Of a DNA stretch of 64,000 nucleotides, positions 9,101 through 18,238 are shown piece by piece. The notes under the pieces were generated by a model that was not told the DNA's origin, did not search any database, and saw only the letters and a program-made list of their open reading frames with translations. The stretch spans positions 6,427 to 70,426 of the forward strand of contig CAZLOB010000038.1 in NCBI GenBank assembly GCA_964561135.1, written 5' to 3'. Each line of letters starts with the position of its first letter. Positions within the stretch are counted from its first letter, which is position 1. This DNA comes from an uncultured Elusimicrobia bacterium. Lineage in GTDB: Bacteria > Elusimicrobiota > Endomicrobiia > DTEH01. The position numbers and the translations under genes are program-made.

Positions 9101-11346
9101 ATGAATGGAAAAAATTTAGTATAGAACAAATAGATATAAATAATGACCATGTACCTGATAAATGGGAAATACTAGAAAATTCGGCTTCAGGTGGATCTTG
9201 CCATACTTACGGGACGCCAAACTTGCGCGGTATAACAAAAATTGAGTTTATTATTGAAAACCCACTTAATTCTTCTCAAGAAGGAATTCTTTATATTAAT
9301 GATGTATACCTTTCTGAAAGTTGGAAACGAAAAGGTATCGCAAGAAAAATAGAAACAAGTTTGTCTATTCCGGGATGGATAAACTTTGGTGGGTATAGCC
9401 GTTCTGTAGACAGAAAGTTTGAAACGTTTACCAGTGCTATAACAAACCAAGATAATATATCAGTGAACAGTTTCTTTGATTTTATAAAATTAAAATTTAT
9501 GCCGATAAGTTTTAAAGGAAAACAAGAAAAAACAGTCACTCCGTCAGCATTGAAATCAGGTGAACTTGTTTCAACTCTTGAAGAAGGTAAAAGAATTTAT
9601 ACTGAAGGAAGTATAAACACTTCCATAAATGTCAAACATCTACCCCAAATCGGACTAACATATTCAAAATCTATTAGTTCAGCAACAGCGTTAAATCGTA
9701 CAGATATAAAAGATAACTATCAAACTACAATAAGCTACTACAATCCATTAAAAAAATATATACCATTAACTAGTATATCCTTATCTTATGGTGAAGAAAA
9801 ATTATTGTTATACCCATGGGAAGTAGGGTCTTCCACTCCACCAATCATGGATAATACAAAAAATATAAGAATACATTTACCATTTGAATTTTGGAATAAA
9901 CTGAGTTTAGATGCAAGATTTTCTACAAAAAATATATTTTCTGAAAATAGAATATTTTATAAAAAACCCGCTGAAGAGTTTATAATACCAGAACTTGACT
10001 CTAAAACAGATATTTTTGACTACTACACAAAACTTACTTTTTTTACCCTTTATAATTTACAAAAAACATACCAGTTGTATTACACAACAAATTCTATAGT
10101 TACAGATCGATACGAAAAAAGAAATGAATATGCTACCGAATTAAATTCTTCAATAAATTTATTAAAGTTTTTCTCACCAAACATTGGGTACAGAATGAAT
10201 ATTTACGAAGATTTCAACTTTCCTGTTTCCGACAAAAAGGATATAACACGGAACGCATCTGGTAATTTCTCAGTAAATTTTATGCCTAAAGATGTACTAA
10301 ACATTAAACCTATCCAGACACTGCGATTGTATTATTCTTTTAACATAACTGCCGGTGATAGATACGAAAAAATACCTAAAAACGAAAAATATATAGATCT
10401 TTATAATTTTAAAAACATTGATTTGTTTTGGTACAAAACCGAAGTTTCTACAATTACAGAGCTAAGAAGGAATATGTTTGAACGAAAAGAACAAAGAATT
10501 ACAAGTAGTTGGAAATTATTTGAAGGTCTTTCATTAAAAGGTAATCTAAGCTTTCTTGCGAAAACAGACATAAATCTCACTTATTTTGATTCTGTTGAAG
10601 AAAAGGAGGAAACCTTATCAAAATCTATCGTTTATACAAAAATGTGGCCTGATTTAACCTCTACTTTATACGATATAGAAAATATAATAAATCTCTTTGT
10701 TAAACAAAACAAGATAAAAAATACTAGATTGGATTTGTCATACTCATACAAAATAACCGAAACTAAAAAAGTAAATCTTGAACAAAATATAAAACATAAA
10801 GAAGTTCTAAGCTTTAGTTTATTTGACGACTATCAAATTGTTTCAAGTTATGAAAGAAATTATTTAGATACCTACAGTTTTATTCATTCTTTAAAAACTC
10901 TTATGTCATTTACAGATATAATTGGATTCCAAATAAGTTTCCCCTTTTTCGGACAAAGATTAACACCAAAATATGAGTTTAGAAAAGATTACGCTGAAGA
11001 TGCTCGTAAATTACCAACTAAAAATATAACTACTCATTCACTAACTCTAACTTATTACGCTGACATTACTCCTCAACAAGGAATAAAATTGTTTGGCAAA
11101 ACTATCCCATTGCAAAACAGATTAAGAATAAATTCTAACTTATCATATACACGAAAAGAAAGTCCTATTGATATTACACATAATAACACGGACAACTTCT
11201 CTTTTTCTGCACGTGGTGATTACGATGTGTCAAAATATATTAACCTCACTGTTGAATTAGCAACAAATGTCAATATAAACCGTGTAGTAAAAACAGAAAC
11301 AAACTATAGGTTTTCTTTAAAAGGGCAAGTTATCATAAGATTCTAA
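6193..11346 (+). CDS. Giant (1717 aa) secreted outer-membrane protein with thrombospondin-type-3-like Ca-binding repeats and a C-terminal beta-barrel signature. Candidate SprA/Sov-like T9SS translocon or novel OM protein.
   Basis: Signal peptide MLKGKIFLFIFIILSYNILFSQ. Aspartate-rich repeats DIDGDGVLDTEDKNSNGRLDFNEDTG and DTEDIDGDGILNTNDI. The terminal sequence ...NYRFSLKGQVIIRF ends in Phe, as is typical of OM beta-barrels. Confidence 0.5.
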   Translation: MLKGKIFLFIFIILSYNILFSQENVEENKIKFDQKKWNRIRECIENNLPLYEEEKSTKVVTKPSVATPTTIEFIEGTQLTINGRKLIGMEITSVNYPYKPNYNRTDINMRQELQVSVKGKVGKNIDVNIDIDDTQPDKRDISIIYRGEGVDVTPGAVGYKAKPGAFIQEIAFGDIQLSLPNTEFVGYSRQVFGIKAIVQYDRARMYLIASQSKGNFETKRFTGKTEFERKIISDTSYIRRKYYKILFGNHKIKRETVKVYLDTLDPQRDPATLIELTAQAFHISTFTYSGKFEQLALGKDYVIDYSLGIITFYRHIQPNYIIAIDYFDENSGLTLRELANTTNYILIKDKDETPNITTELLNRYYIGRTNIIRDDGTGNFLLRIIDKSGRILNPEIDKIQPDDKDIPVYKTGNVGDIKVDFENGIIYFDQEKPFAEDCYYKTPISRYDILVEYRYKSKTYFLKPFIVPYSERVVVDGKLLQRNVDYWLDYDSGILSFLREEDIKENSIIEVSYEYSMLGLQGGETILGSRLELPLSNKLFIGGSWIGNLPSKGSSVPDIRTTPSSLQIWETDARITSVKIPLLPLQINSISAEYAENEKNPNIWDKAVVENMEGITLEDSVSTYRHMWYYSSCSDIYIPGRYDDKTDKLVEGELNWENEDVPVQEINPNRQTTYDKQQVLKINYNLYSSQEVAMAYLFSKYGLDFSKKLYLEMEYYSNAGGGELYLDLGHPSEDIDGDGVLDTEDKNSNGRLDFNEDTGFEYNRDNKIYYIGGSNGKLDTEDIDGDGILNTNDILAGTYKISDLNFTGWVSTIVPISITDKTMWTSIKQVRLRIKGKGKNGVVKIAKISVVGNKFEIHTPQNTEIYAVNNENDPTYKKLSELEEYTSIYGTQYKERLVEQALAVKYNLDPTYSSSVITLSFSRGQDFTYHRKFNFFLFNKTGNEIVFKLRIYTDQNNYLEFSTQTIRWTNEWKKFSIEQIDINNDHVPDKWEILENSASGGSCHTYGTPNLRGITKIEFIIENPLNSSQEGILYINDVYLSESWKRKGIARKIETSLSIPGWINFGGYSRSVDRKFETFTSAITNQDNISVNSFFDFIKLKFMPISFKGKQEKTVTPSALKSGELVSTLEEGKRIYTEGSINTSINVKHLPQIGLTYSKSISSATALNRTDIKDNYQTTISYYNPLKKYIPLTSISLSYGEEKLLLYPWEVGSSTPPIMDNTKNIRIHLPFEFWNKLSLDARFSTKNIFSENRIFYKKPAEEFIIPELDSKTDIFDYYTKLTFFTLYNLQKTYQLYYTTNSIVTDRYEKRNEYATELNSSINLLKFFSPNIGYRMNIYEDFNFPVSDKKDITRNASGNFSVNFMPKDVLNIKPIQTLRLYYSFNITAGDRYEKIPKNEKYIDLYNFKNIDLFWYKTEVSTITELRRNMFERKEQRITSSWKLFEGLSLKGNLSFLAKTDINLTYFDSVEEKEETLSKSIVYTKMWPDLTSTLYDIENIINLFVKQNKIKNTRLDLSYSYKITETKKVNLEQNIKHKEVLSFSLFDDYQIVSSYERNYLDTYSFIHSLKTLMSFTDIIGFQISFPFFGQRLTPKYEFRKDYAEDARKLPTKNITTHSLTLTYYADITPQQGIKLFGKTIPLQNRLRINSNLSYTRKESPIDITHNNTDNFSFSARGDYDVSKYINLTVELATNVNINRVVKTETNYRFSLKGQVIIRF

Positions 11347-11394
11347 ATATTGAATTTTTGTGAACTAAATTTTATATTTTAGAAGGAGAATCAC

Positions 11395-11877
11395 ATGAAG
11401 TATACCATTAATAAAGCAACTGTATTTGATGTATCACACATTTATAACCTTATTAATAAGTATGCTAAAAAAAATTTGATGTTACCAAGGGTTATTAACG
11501 AAATCTATGAACGACTACAAGAATTTTTTGTTGCACGAATTAAGAAAAAAAATATTATTATTGGTTGCGCATCGTTGCATATTATATGGACCGGTAAAAA
11601 AGATGAAGTTCTTGCAGAAATACGTTCTTTAGCAGTAGAGAAAAGGTATCAAAACAGAGGTATTGGGACAGCACTTGTTAAAAAATTAGAAGAAGAAGCA
11701 AAAAAATTAGGTATCAAAAAAATATTTGCTCTAACTTATATACCCGATTTTTTTCATAAACTTGGATATGAAACAATTTCACGAGAACTCCTCCCCTACA
11801 AAATTTGGACCGAATGTATAAACTGTCCCTTTTTTATAAACTGTAAAGAAGTACCAGTTATCAAAGTGTTAAAATGA
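11395..11877 (+). CDS. GNAT-family N-acetyltransferase (ArgA short-form-like)
   Basis: Acetyl-CoA-binding motif AEIRSLAVEKRYQNRGIGTALVKKLEEEAKKLGIKKIFALT. RBS GGAGA upstream. Confidence 0.7.
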   Translation: MKYTINKATVFDVSHIYNLINKYAKKNLMLPRVINEIYERLQEFFVARIKKKNIIIGCASLHIIWTGKKDEVLAEIRSLAVEKRYQNRGIGTALVKKLEEEAKKLGIKKIFALTYIPDFFHKLGYETISRELLPYKIWTECINCPFFINCKEVPVIKVLK

Positions 11878-13922
11878 AATTCTTAGATACAAAAGAACAA
11901 CTTTTATCTTTGATAGAAGAAATTTTTATAAATATCTTACCTCAATACCTTCCTTCTTCTGAAATACGTGAACAACAAATAAATATGGCTAAACAAATAT
12001 TGCTAAGTTTTATTGAAAACAAAAAAATTGTTGTTGAAGCACCAACTGGTATCGGCAAAAGTTTGGCTTATCTTGTACCTGCTGTAGTTTATCTTAAAGA
12101 ATTACAAAAAAATACAAGAATTATTGTGTCAACATATACAAAAACTTTGCAACAACAATTACAAAAAAAAGATCTTCCTTTAATAGAGAAAATTGTTGAT
12201 TACTTATATAAAGATAAAATTTGGTACACAACATTTTTTGGCAGCGAAAATTATATTTGTCTTTTCAAATTTTATGAACTAAAAAAAGATTTACTTACAC
12301 AAGACGAAATTCTTAAAATTATAAATATAGAAAACTGGCTTAAAACAACTCAAACAGGTTGTGTTGAAGAGATAGAGGTTGAACAAGACTTTTGGCATGA
12401 GATAAACCGTGAAAGTGATTTGTGTAGAGCTAAACATTGCAAGTTTTACTCAGAATGCTTTTATTATAAAAATTTAAAACAACTTAAAAACATGGATATT
12501 ATTATCATAAATCACCATTTGTTTTTTGCAAACATATTAGCACTAAACAACTTAGTTCCAAAAAGAAATAAAGAAACAGAAGAAATTATCATTTTTGACG
12601 AAGCCCATAATTTAGAAAATGTTATTTATCAATGGTTTGGTGAAGAAATTTCAAACAATCAAATCAAGTTTTTATGTAAACAGGTATATAACATAAAAAA
12701 ACAACGTGGATTAGTTACAAAACTACATTCACTACCCGAAAACTTAAAACAAAATATAATAGATTCTGTAATATCAGTCTTAGAACAAACTGAGGAATTT
12801 TTTGCACAAATAAATCTCAAATTGTTACAAGCTAAACCCGAAGTAAGGATCTTTGTACCAAACATTGTTGAGAATACTTTAATACCAGAGTTAAGCAAAC
12901 TTTTTAACTTGTTAAGTTCAGCAAAGAATTTAGTCTCAAAACGTGAAGAAGTTTTTAAACTAACTGTTTTTACAAAACGTATAGTAAAATTTATAAAAAT
13001 TATTGCAATGTGGCTAAAATGTGAAGATACAAAAAATTATATCTACTGGGTTGAAAAAGAAGAAACAAAAAGAAAAAAATTAAAAATAATACTAAGAATT
13101 ACACCTATTGACCTTACTAAAGAGATGCAGGAATACGTATATTCTGTATACGACAAAATTGTTTTCACATCAGCTACATTATGTGTAAACTACGACTTTA
13201 AATTTTTTAAATCTTCTGTAGGTTTATTTCCAGAAATAATACCAAATTCTACAACATCTAACGAACTTATTCTTAGTTCCTCGTTTGATTATAAAAATAA
13301 TGTAGTAATTTATCTCCCAGAAGGTGTTCCTAATCCAAAACATGAGTATGAAGAATTTAAAGAAGTGATTATTGATATAATAGAAAAACTTATTAAACTT
13401 ACAGAAGGCAACACATTTGTTTTGTTTACAAGTTTTGAACTTATGAACTGGGTTGTTGAACATTTCAAACTAGATTATAAATTATTTGTTCAAACAACTT
13501 CAAAGTACAAATTGTTAGAACAATATAAAAAGACTGAAAACTCAGTTTTGTTTGGTGTAAACACTTTTTGGCAAGGAGTTGATATCCCTGGCGAAAAACT
13601 TATCTCTATAATTATACCGAAACTGCCTTTTGATGTCCCAGACCATCCTATCATAGAAGCAAAAACTGAAAAAATTGAATCAGAAGGAAAAGATTCTTTT
13701 AAAGAATATCTTTTACCAAATGCTATTTTAAAACTTAAACAAGGGTTTGGTAGGTTGATACGACGTAAAACAGACTGGGGTATAATAAGTATATTAGACC
13801 CTAGAATAACAACTCAATGGTATGGTAAATATTTTCTAAAATCATTACCTGAATGTAAAATTACAACTGATTTTAATACATTAAAAGATTTTTTTTATAC
13901 TAAAAAAGGTTATAAAAAATGA
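11874..13922 (+). CDS. dinG: DinG/Rad3(XPD)-family ATP-dependent DNA helicase with Fe-S cluster
   Basis: Walker A APTGIGKSLAYLVPA; DEAH box IIFDEAHNLE; four-Cys Fe-S insertion CRAKHCKFYSECFYY; C-terminal helicase motifs. Confidence 0.75.
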   Translation: MKFLDTKEQLLSLIEEIFINILPQYLPSSEIREQQINMAKQILLSFIENKKIVVEAPTGIGKSLAYLVPAVVYLKELQKNTRIIVSTYTKTLQQQLQKKDLPLIEKIVDYLYKDKIWYTTFFGSENYICLFKFYELKKDLLTQDEILKIINIENWLKTTQTGCVEEIEVEQDFWHEINRESDLCRAKHCKFYSECFYYKNLKQLKNMDIIIINHHLFFANILALNNLVPKRNKETEEIIIFDEAHNLENVIYQWFGEEISNNQIKFLCKQVYNIKKQRGLVTKLHSLPENLKQNIIDSVISVLEQTEEFFAQINLKLLQAKPEVRIFVPNIVENTLIPELSKLFNLLSSAKNLVSKREEVFKLTVFTKRIVKFIKIIAMWLKCEDTKNYIYWVEKEETKRKKLKIILRITPIDLTKEMQEYVYSVYDKIVFTSATLCVNYDFKFFKSSVGLFPEIIPNSTTSNELILSSSFDYKNNVVIYLPEGVPNPKHEYEEFKEVIIDIIEKLIKLTEGNTFVLFTSFELMNWVVEHFKLDYKLFVQTTSKYKLLEQYKKTENSVLFGVNTFWQGVDIPGEKLISIIIPKLPFDVPDHPIIEAKTEKIESEGKDSFKEYLLPNAILKLKQGFGRLIRRKTDWGIISILDPRITTQWYGKYFLKSLPECKITTDFNTLKDFFYTKKGYKK

Positions 13923-14797
13923 AAATAGGTGTTCATTGTTCAATTAGAAACGGTTATAAACATGCGTTAGAAGAAGCAAACTATCTTGGTTGCAACTGTC
14001 TACAAATGTTTACTCATTCACCCCGTATATGGAAAACTTCGTTGCCAACTATTCAAGAAATCGAAGAATTTAAATTGTTAAGAAAGAAACTAAATTTATC
14101 ACCCTTAGTACTACACACAGCTTATCTTCCTAATCCTGCAAGTTCTAACGAAGAGATTTATCAAAAAACAAAAAAGTTGTTAAAATTAGAATTTGAATTA
14201 TCTTTTCTTTTCGATGCGGATTATATTGTAATGCATCCGGGTAGTTATTCTGAAGGTAAAACTTTTAAAAATGGTGTCTTGCAAATAGTAAAATGTATAG
14301 ATTATTGTTTTGAATATATTTTGGGAAAATACAACAAAATAACTTTTATGTTATTATTAGAAAATGTTTGTGGCAATGGTCGCAAAATTGGCAGAACTTT
14401 TACTGAGTTAGCAGAGATAATACATAAAAGCAAATTCAGTAGATACATCGGCATTTGTATTGACACAGCACACGCTTTTTCTTACGGATACAACATAAAA
14501 ACAGAAGATGGAATTAAGTCTATGTTGGAAGAAATAAACCAAACCATAGGAACAAAAAAAATAAAAGTAATTCATTTAAACGATTCAAAAACACCTTTAG
14601 GAAGCAAAATTGATCAACATTACCATATAGGGAAAGGATACATTGGTAATGGTGGTTTTAAACACATACTAAAATACTTTTCTAATTATCCTCTTATCCT
14701 TGAAACACCAAAAGAGTGTCCTTTTGACCAAACTTCTTATATGGATATAAAAAACATAGCGGTAGTAAAGAAAATAATAGAAAAACTTACTACCTAA
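13919..14797 (+). CDS. nfo: Endonuclease IV (AP endonuclease, TIM-barrel)
   Basis: MKIGVHCS...; LENVCGNGRKIGRTFTELAEII; CIDTAHAF; HLNDSK. These match conserved Nfo metal-binding blocks. Confidence 0.8.
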   Translation: MKIGVHCSIRNGYKHALEEANYLGCNCLQMFTHSPRIWKTSLPTIQEIEEFKLLRKKLNLSPLVLHTAYLPNPASSNEEIYQKTKKLLKLEFELSFLFDADYIVMHPGSYSEGKTFKNGVLQIVKCIDYCFEYILGKYNKITFMLLLENVCGNGRKIGRTFTELAEIIHKSKFSRYIGICIDTAHAFSYGYNIKTEDGIKSMLEEINQTIGTKKIKVIHLNDSKTPLGSKIDQHYHIGKGYIGNGGFKHILKYFSNYPLILETPKECPFDQTSYMDIKNIAVVKKIIEKLTT

Positions 14798-14857
14798 ATA
14801 TAACACTTTCCAACCAACTTTACTTTTAAAAAATTACTTAAAAAATTTTTTTACCTA

Positions 14858-14903
14858 TTGACATTTTGTGTACAAAGTGGTATAAAGTGGTATAAAATGG
14901 TAA
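14858..14903 (+). promoter_or_regulatory. dcw-cluster promoter with MraZ operator (three 10-bp-spaced direct repeats)
   Basis: -35 TTGACA (14858-14863), 17-nt spacer, -10 TATAAA (14881-14886). Overlapping direct repeats: AAAGTGGTAT (14874-14883), AAAGTGGTAT (14884-14893), AAAATGGTAA (14894-14903). Confidence 0.5.
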
Positions 14904-14905
14904 CA

Positions 14906-15334
14906 ATGAAAAAAGTTTTTATTGGTATATCGTATCTCACATTGGATAAGAAAGGAAGAATTTTTTTACCTCAAAAATTTAGGTTTAAAAAAAAGTATGT
15001 CCTCACCTATGGTATTGACAACTGTGTTGCGATTTATCCTTATCAGGAATGGCTTAAGACAACAAAAAAAATTGAAAATATATCTTTAAAAGATAAATCA
15101 TACCAAAGAATTTTTAACAGAATATTTTTTGCTCAAGCAGAAATTGTAGAACTTGATAACCAAGGTAGGCTACTCATCCCTAAAAAATTTAAAGACAAAT
15201 ACTCTTTATCAAACGAAGTTGTGTTAGTAGGAAACAGAAACAAAGTTGAACTTTGGTCAAAAGAAGAATGGGAAAAATATTATAAAAATGCAGAAAAAAT
15301 TTTAAATCAAATAAAATCACAAATCGAAATCTAA
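14906..15334 (+). CDS. mraZ: Transcriptional regulator MraZ
   Basis: MKKVFIGISYLTLDKKGRIFLPQKFR and a second repeat LDNQGRLLIPKKFK (tandem DxxGR motifs). First gene of the dcw cluster. I chose the start after the operator repeats. Confidence 0.8.
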   Translation: MKKVFIGISYLTLDKKGRIFLPQKFRFKKKYVLTYGIDNCVAIYPYQEWLKTTKKIENISLKDKSYQRIFNRIFFAQAEIVELDNQGRLLIPKKFKDKYSLSNEVVLVGNRNKVELWSKEEWEKYYKNAEKILNQIKSQIEI

Positions 15335-15342
15335 TCCATTAA

Positions 15343-16245
15343 ATGCATATACCTGTATTTGCAGACAAAATTGTTGAATTTTTACAACCAGAAAATGGCA
15401 AAATTTATGTTGATGCAACGATAGGTTGTGGTGGTCATACTAAAAAAATTTTCTCTGTAGCACCAAAATGTATTGTTGTTGGCATTGACTTTGATGAACA
15501 AGCAGTAAAATATTGTCAACAACATCTTAGCCAATTTTTGGACCAAAAAAATTTATTTATTTTCAAAGACAACTTTGTCAATATAAAAGAAATTCTTAAA
15601 AAAATAAATATAGAAAAAGTTGATGGTGTGATATTTGATTTTGGTATCTCAACTTTACAATTAAAAACGAACCGTGGTTTTAGTTTCAATGACGATAATT
15701 TAGATATGAGGATGGATACAAATCTATTGTTAACAGGTTACGATGTAGTAAATACTTTTCCCCAAGATGAGTTAACAAAAATTTTTCTAGAATACGGTGA
15801 AGAAAAGCATAGTAAACTTATAGCAAAAAAAATTGTTGAATATAGAAAAACAAAAAAGATATCTTCTGCGAAAGAACTTGCTGAAGTAGTTTGCTCTATA
15901 CTTAAACAAAAATGTAAAAAAGTTTTTCTTAGAGATATAAAACAAGAAATCAAATATAAATTTCATCCTGCAACAAAAATCTTTCAGGCATTGAGAATTT
16001 ATATAAACAACGAACTCAAAAATATATATGATGGCGTAAATAACGCTATTGATATCCTTGCTCCAAACGGAAAAATAATAACAATATGTTATCATTCGTT
16101 AGAAGATAGAATTGTTAAAAACATTTTTAAAACAAGAAAAGATATAAAGGTTTTAACAAAAAAACCTTTAACACCACAAACAGAAGAAATACTGTTAAAC
16201 AGATCTGCTCGTAGTGCTAAACTTCGTGTTGCACAAAAAGTATGA
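15343..16245 (+). CDS. rsmH: 16S rRNA m4C1402 methyltransferase RsmH (MraW)
   Basis: HIPVFADKIVEFL...YVDATIGCGGHTKKI matches the SAM-binding motif of MraW; position in the dcw cluster. Confidence 0.85.
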   Translation: MHIPVFADKIVEFLQPENGKIYVDATIGCGGHTKKIFSVAPKCIVVGIDFDEQAVKYCQQHLSQFLDQKNLFIFKDNFVNIKEILKKINIEKVDGVIFDFGISTLQLKTNRGFSFNDDNLDMRMDTNLLLTGYDVVNTFPQDELTKIFLEYGEEKHSKLIAKKIVEYRKTKKISSAKELAEVVCSILKQKCKKVFLRDIKQEIKYKFHPATKIFQALRIYINNELKNIYDGVNNAIDILAPNGKIITICYHSLEDRIVKNIFKTRKDIKVLTKKPLTPQTEEILLNRSARSAKLRVAQKV

Positions 16246-16523
16246 AAAAACATAAAAAAGAAAATAATGTTAGAAGAATTTATATAATCACGAGTATATT
16301 TTTAGCTATTGCAGTACTATTCTATTTAAGGCAACAATATATTATAATTAAACTTCAAAAAGAAATAAATAATTTATATGAACAGCTTCTTGTAGAAAGA
16401 AACAGAAACAAAGAATTAGTTTTAACTTTTCAAGCACTTATTAGTACACAACGGCTCCAAGATTATGCTAAAAAATTAAATTTTGTTCCTGTTAAACAAA
16501 ACGATTATATTTTTGTTAAATAA
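16242..16523 (+). CDS. ftsL: Cell division protein FtsL-like (small bitopic coiled-coil)
   Basis: 93 aa, single TM (IYIITSIFLAIAVLFYL) followed by a coiled coil; located between rsmH and ftsI. Confidence 0.5.
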   Translation: MKKHKKENNVRRIYIITSIFLAIAVLFYLRQQYIIIKLQKEINNLYEQLLVERNRNKELVLTFQALISTQRLQDYAKKLNFVPVKQNDYIFVK

Positions 16524-16528
16524 TTATT

Positions 16529-18238
16529 ATGGATAAGAAACGGTTTTATATTTTAAAGATTTTCTTAATTGTTGTGTTACCTTTGATACTTATATTTAGA
16601 GTATTTGTTATTCAAGTCTGGCAACGGGAAGTTTTCCTTCCTGTTGTCGAAAAACAACTAACATCAAAAATCAAAATCAACATACCACGTGGCGATATTT
16701 TAGATAGAACAAATAAAATATTAGCAACTTCAATAGAAGTAGCTCGTATTTATCTTAACTCAAAAGAATTTTTGGATGGTGTACAAAAATTAAAAAAATC
16801 TAACCCTTCAGCAAATCAATATAATATCTCTCTTATTTGTTCAACATTTAACATTCCTAAAGAAACACTTTTCTCAATATGTAAAAAACATAGAAGGTTT
16901 TGTTTGGCAAAAGAGGTGGATTTAGATGTCGCTTTTAAACTTAAACATATTCCTGGTATTGAAATAGATACATATCTGAAACGTTTATATCCTTATTCTC
17001 CTATTGAAAGTCATGTTGTTGGAAGAGTAAATTATGAACACAAAGGATATTCTGGTATAGAATATGAATATGATAATATATTGTCTACTTTAAGAAAAAA
17101 AGAGCTTGTTGTTTATAAAAGTGGTACTTTACAAAAACGTGTTGCTCGTTTAGCTAATATCGCTGATTTATCAGATTTTGTAAATGATAAACAAAATTGT
17201 TCAATAGTTTTGACAATTGATATAAATCTTCAAAGTAAAATAGCAGATATATTAAAAAAGTATTACAAAACATACTCCCCCGCATCAATTATGTGCATTA
17301 TTCAAGATTCTAACACAGGTGAAATTCTTGTGTTATCAATCTTGCCAGAAACAGATGCACCTTTAATAAATCAAACAATAAATTGTATCTATGAACCAGG
17401 GTCTGTCTTCAAGATTTTTCCTATGGCAGTATTTTTAGAAGAACGAAAAATCAATCCGGATGACATAATTGATTGTGAAGATGGTAAGTTTTCATATTCT
17501 GGTATAACTATTAAAGATGTTAAACCCTATAAATTCTTAACTGTTAAAGATATAATTGTTTTTTCTTCCAATATAGGTATGGCAAAACTATATCTGAAAT
17601 ATGCTAATTTAAAAAAGTTTTTAGAATACCAAAATTTGTTTGGATTTGGAAACCAAACAGGAATAGAACTTCCTCAAGAAGCACAGGGTTTCTTGCCTTC
17701 TTATGAAAAATGTAATTCTCTAACACCGCTATATATTAGTTTTGGTCATGGATGTGCAACTACACCTCTCCAAATAGTAAATGGTTATACAATGGTGGCA
17801 AATAATGGTGAGTTATTACAACCATTTATTGTAAAAGCTATTTTAACAAAAAACAAGGTTATTTACAAAGGACAAAGACAAGTGATACGAAAAGTTATTT
17901 CAGAAAAGACAACCAATGTAATTAAAGAGATGCTCTATCAAACTGTAGAACGTGGTACTGCACAAAAAACAAAAATACCCGGTATAAAAATTTGTGCAAA
18001 AACTGGTACTGCCCAAAAGTTTGATTTTCAATTACAAAAATATTCACCTACAAAGTTTTTCATGAGTTGTTGCGGTTTTTTCCCAAAAGAAAAACCTCTC
18101 TTCACGATAGGTGTATTTGTTGACGAACCTCAAGGTGTTCAATTAGCTTCAGAAATTGCTGTACCAATATTTAAAGAAGTCGTGCTTGAACTAATAAACT
18201 ATTATAATAACACAAAATTTTATGCAAAAGCATATTAA
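16529..18238 (+). CDS. ftsI: Penicillin-binding protein 2 / FtsI transpeptidase
   Basis: N-terminal TM. Transpeptidase motifs SVFK (PGSVFKIFP), SSN (FSSNIGMAKL), KTG (KTGTAQK). Confidence 0.8.
   Translation: MDKKRFYILKIFLIVVLPLILIFRVFVIQVWQREVFLPVVEKQLTSKIKINIPRGDILDRTNKILATSIEVARIYLNSKEFLDGVQKLKKSNPSANQYNISLICSTFNIPKETLFSICKKHRRFCLAKEVDLDVAFKLKHIPGIEIDTYLKRLYPYSPIESHVVGRVNYEHKGYSGIEYEYDNILSTLRKKELVVYKSGTLQKRVARLANIADLSDFVNDKQNCSIVLTIDINLQSKIADILKKYYKTYSPASIMCIIQDSNTGEILVLSILPETDAPLINQTINCIYEPGSVFKIFPMAVFLEERKINPDDIIDCEDGKFSYSGITIKDVKPYKFLTVKDIIVFSSNIGMAKLYLKYANLKKFLEYQNLFGFGNQTGIELPQEAQGFLPSYEKCNSLTPLYISFGHGCATTPLQIVNGYTMVANNGELLQPFIVKAILTKNKVIYKGQRQVIRKVISEKTTNVIKEMLYQTVERGTAQKTKIPGIKICAKTGTAQKFDFQLQKYSPTKFFMSCCGFFPKEKPLFTIGVFVDEPQGVQLASEIAVPIFKEVVLELINYYNNTKFYAKAY

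Noticed and set aside
14874-14903. Possible trivial microsatellite (gtggtataaa x2)
   Set aside because: Not rejected as real, but reinterpreted. The exact 10-bp phasing, a third degenerate copy and the position over the mraZ promoter fit an MraZ operator rather than slippage repeats.
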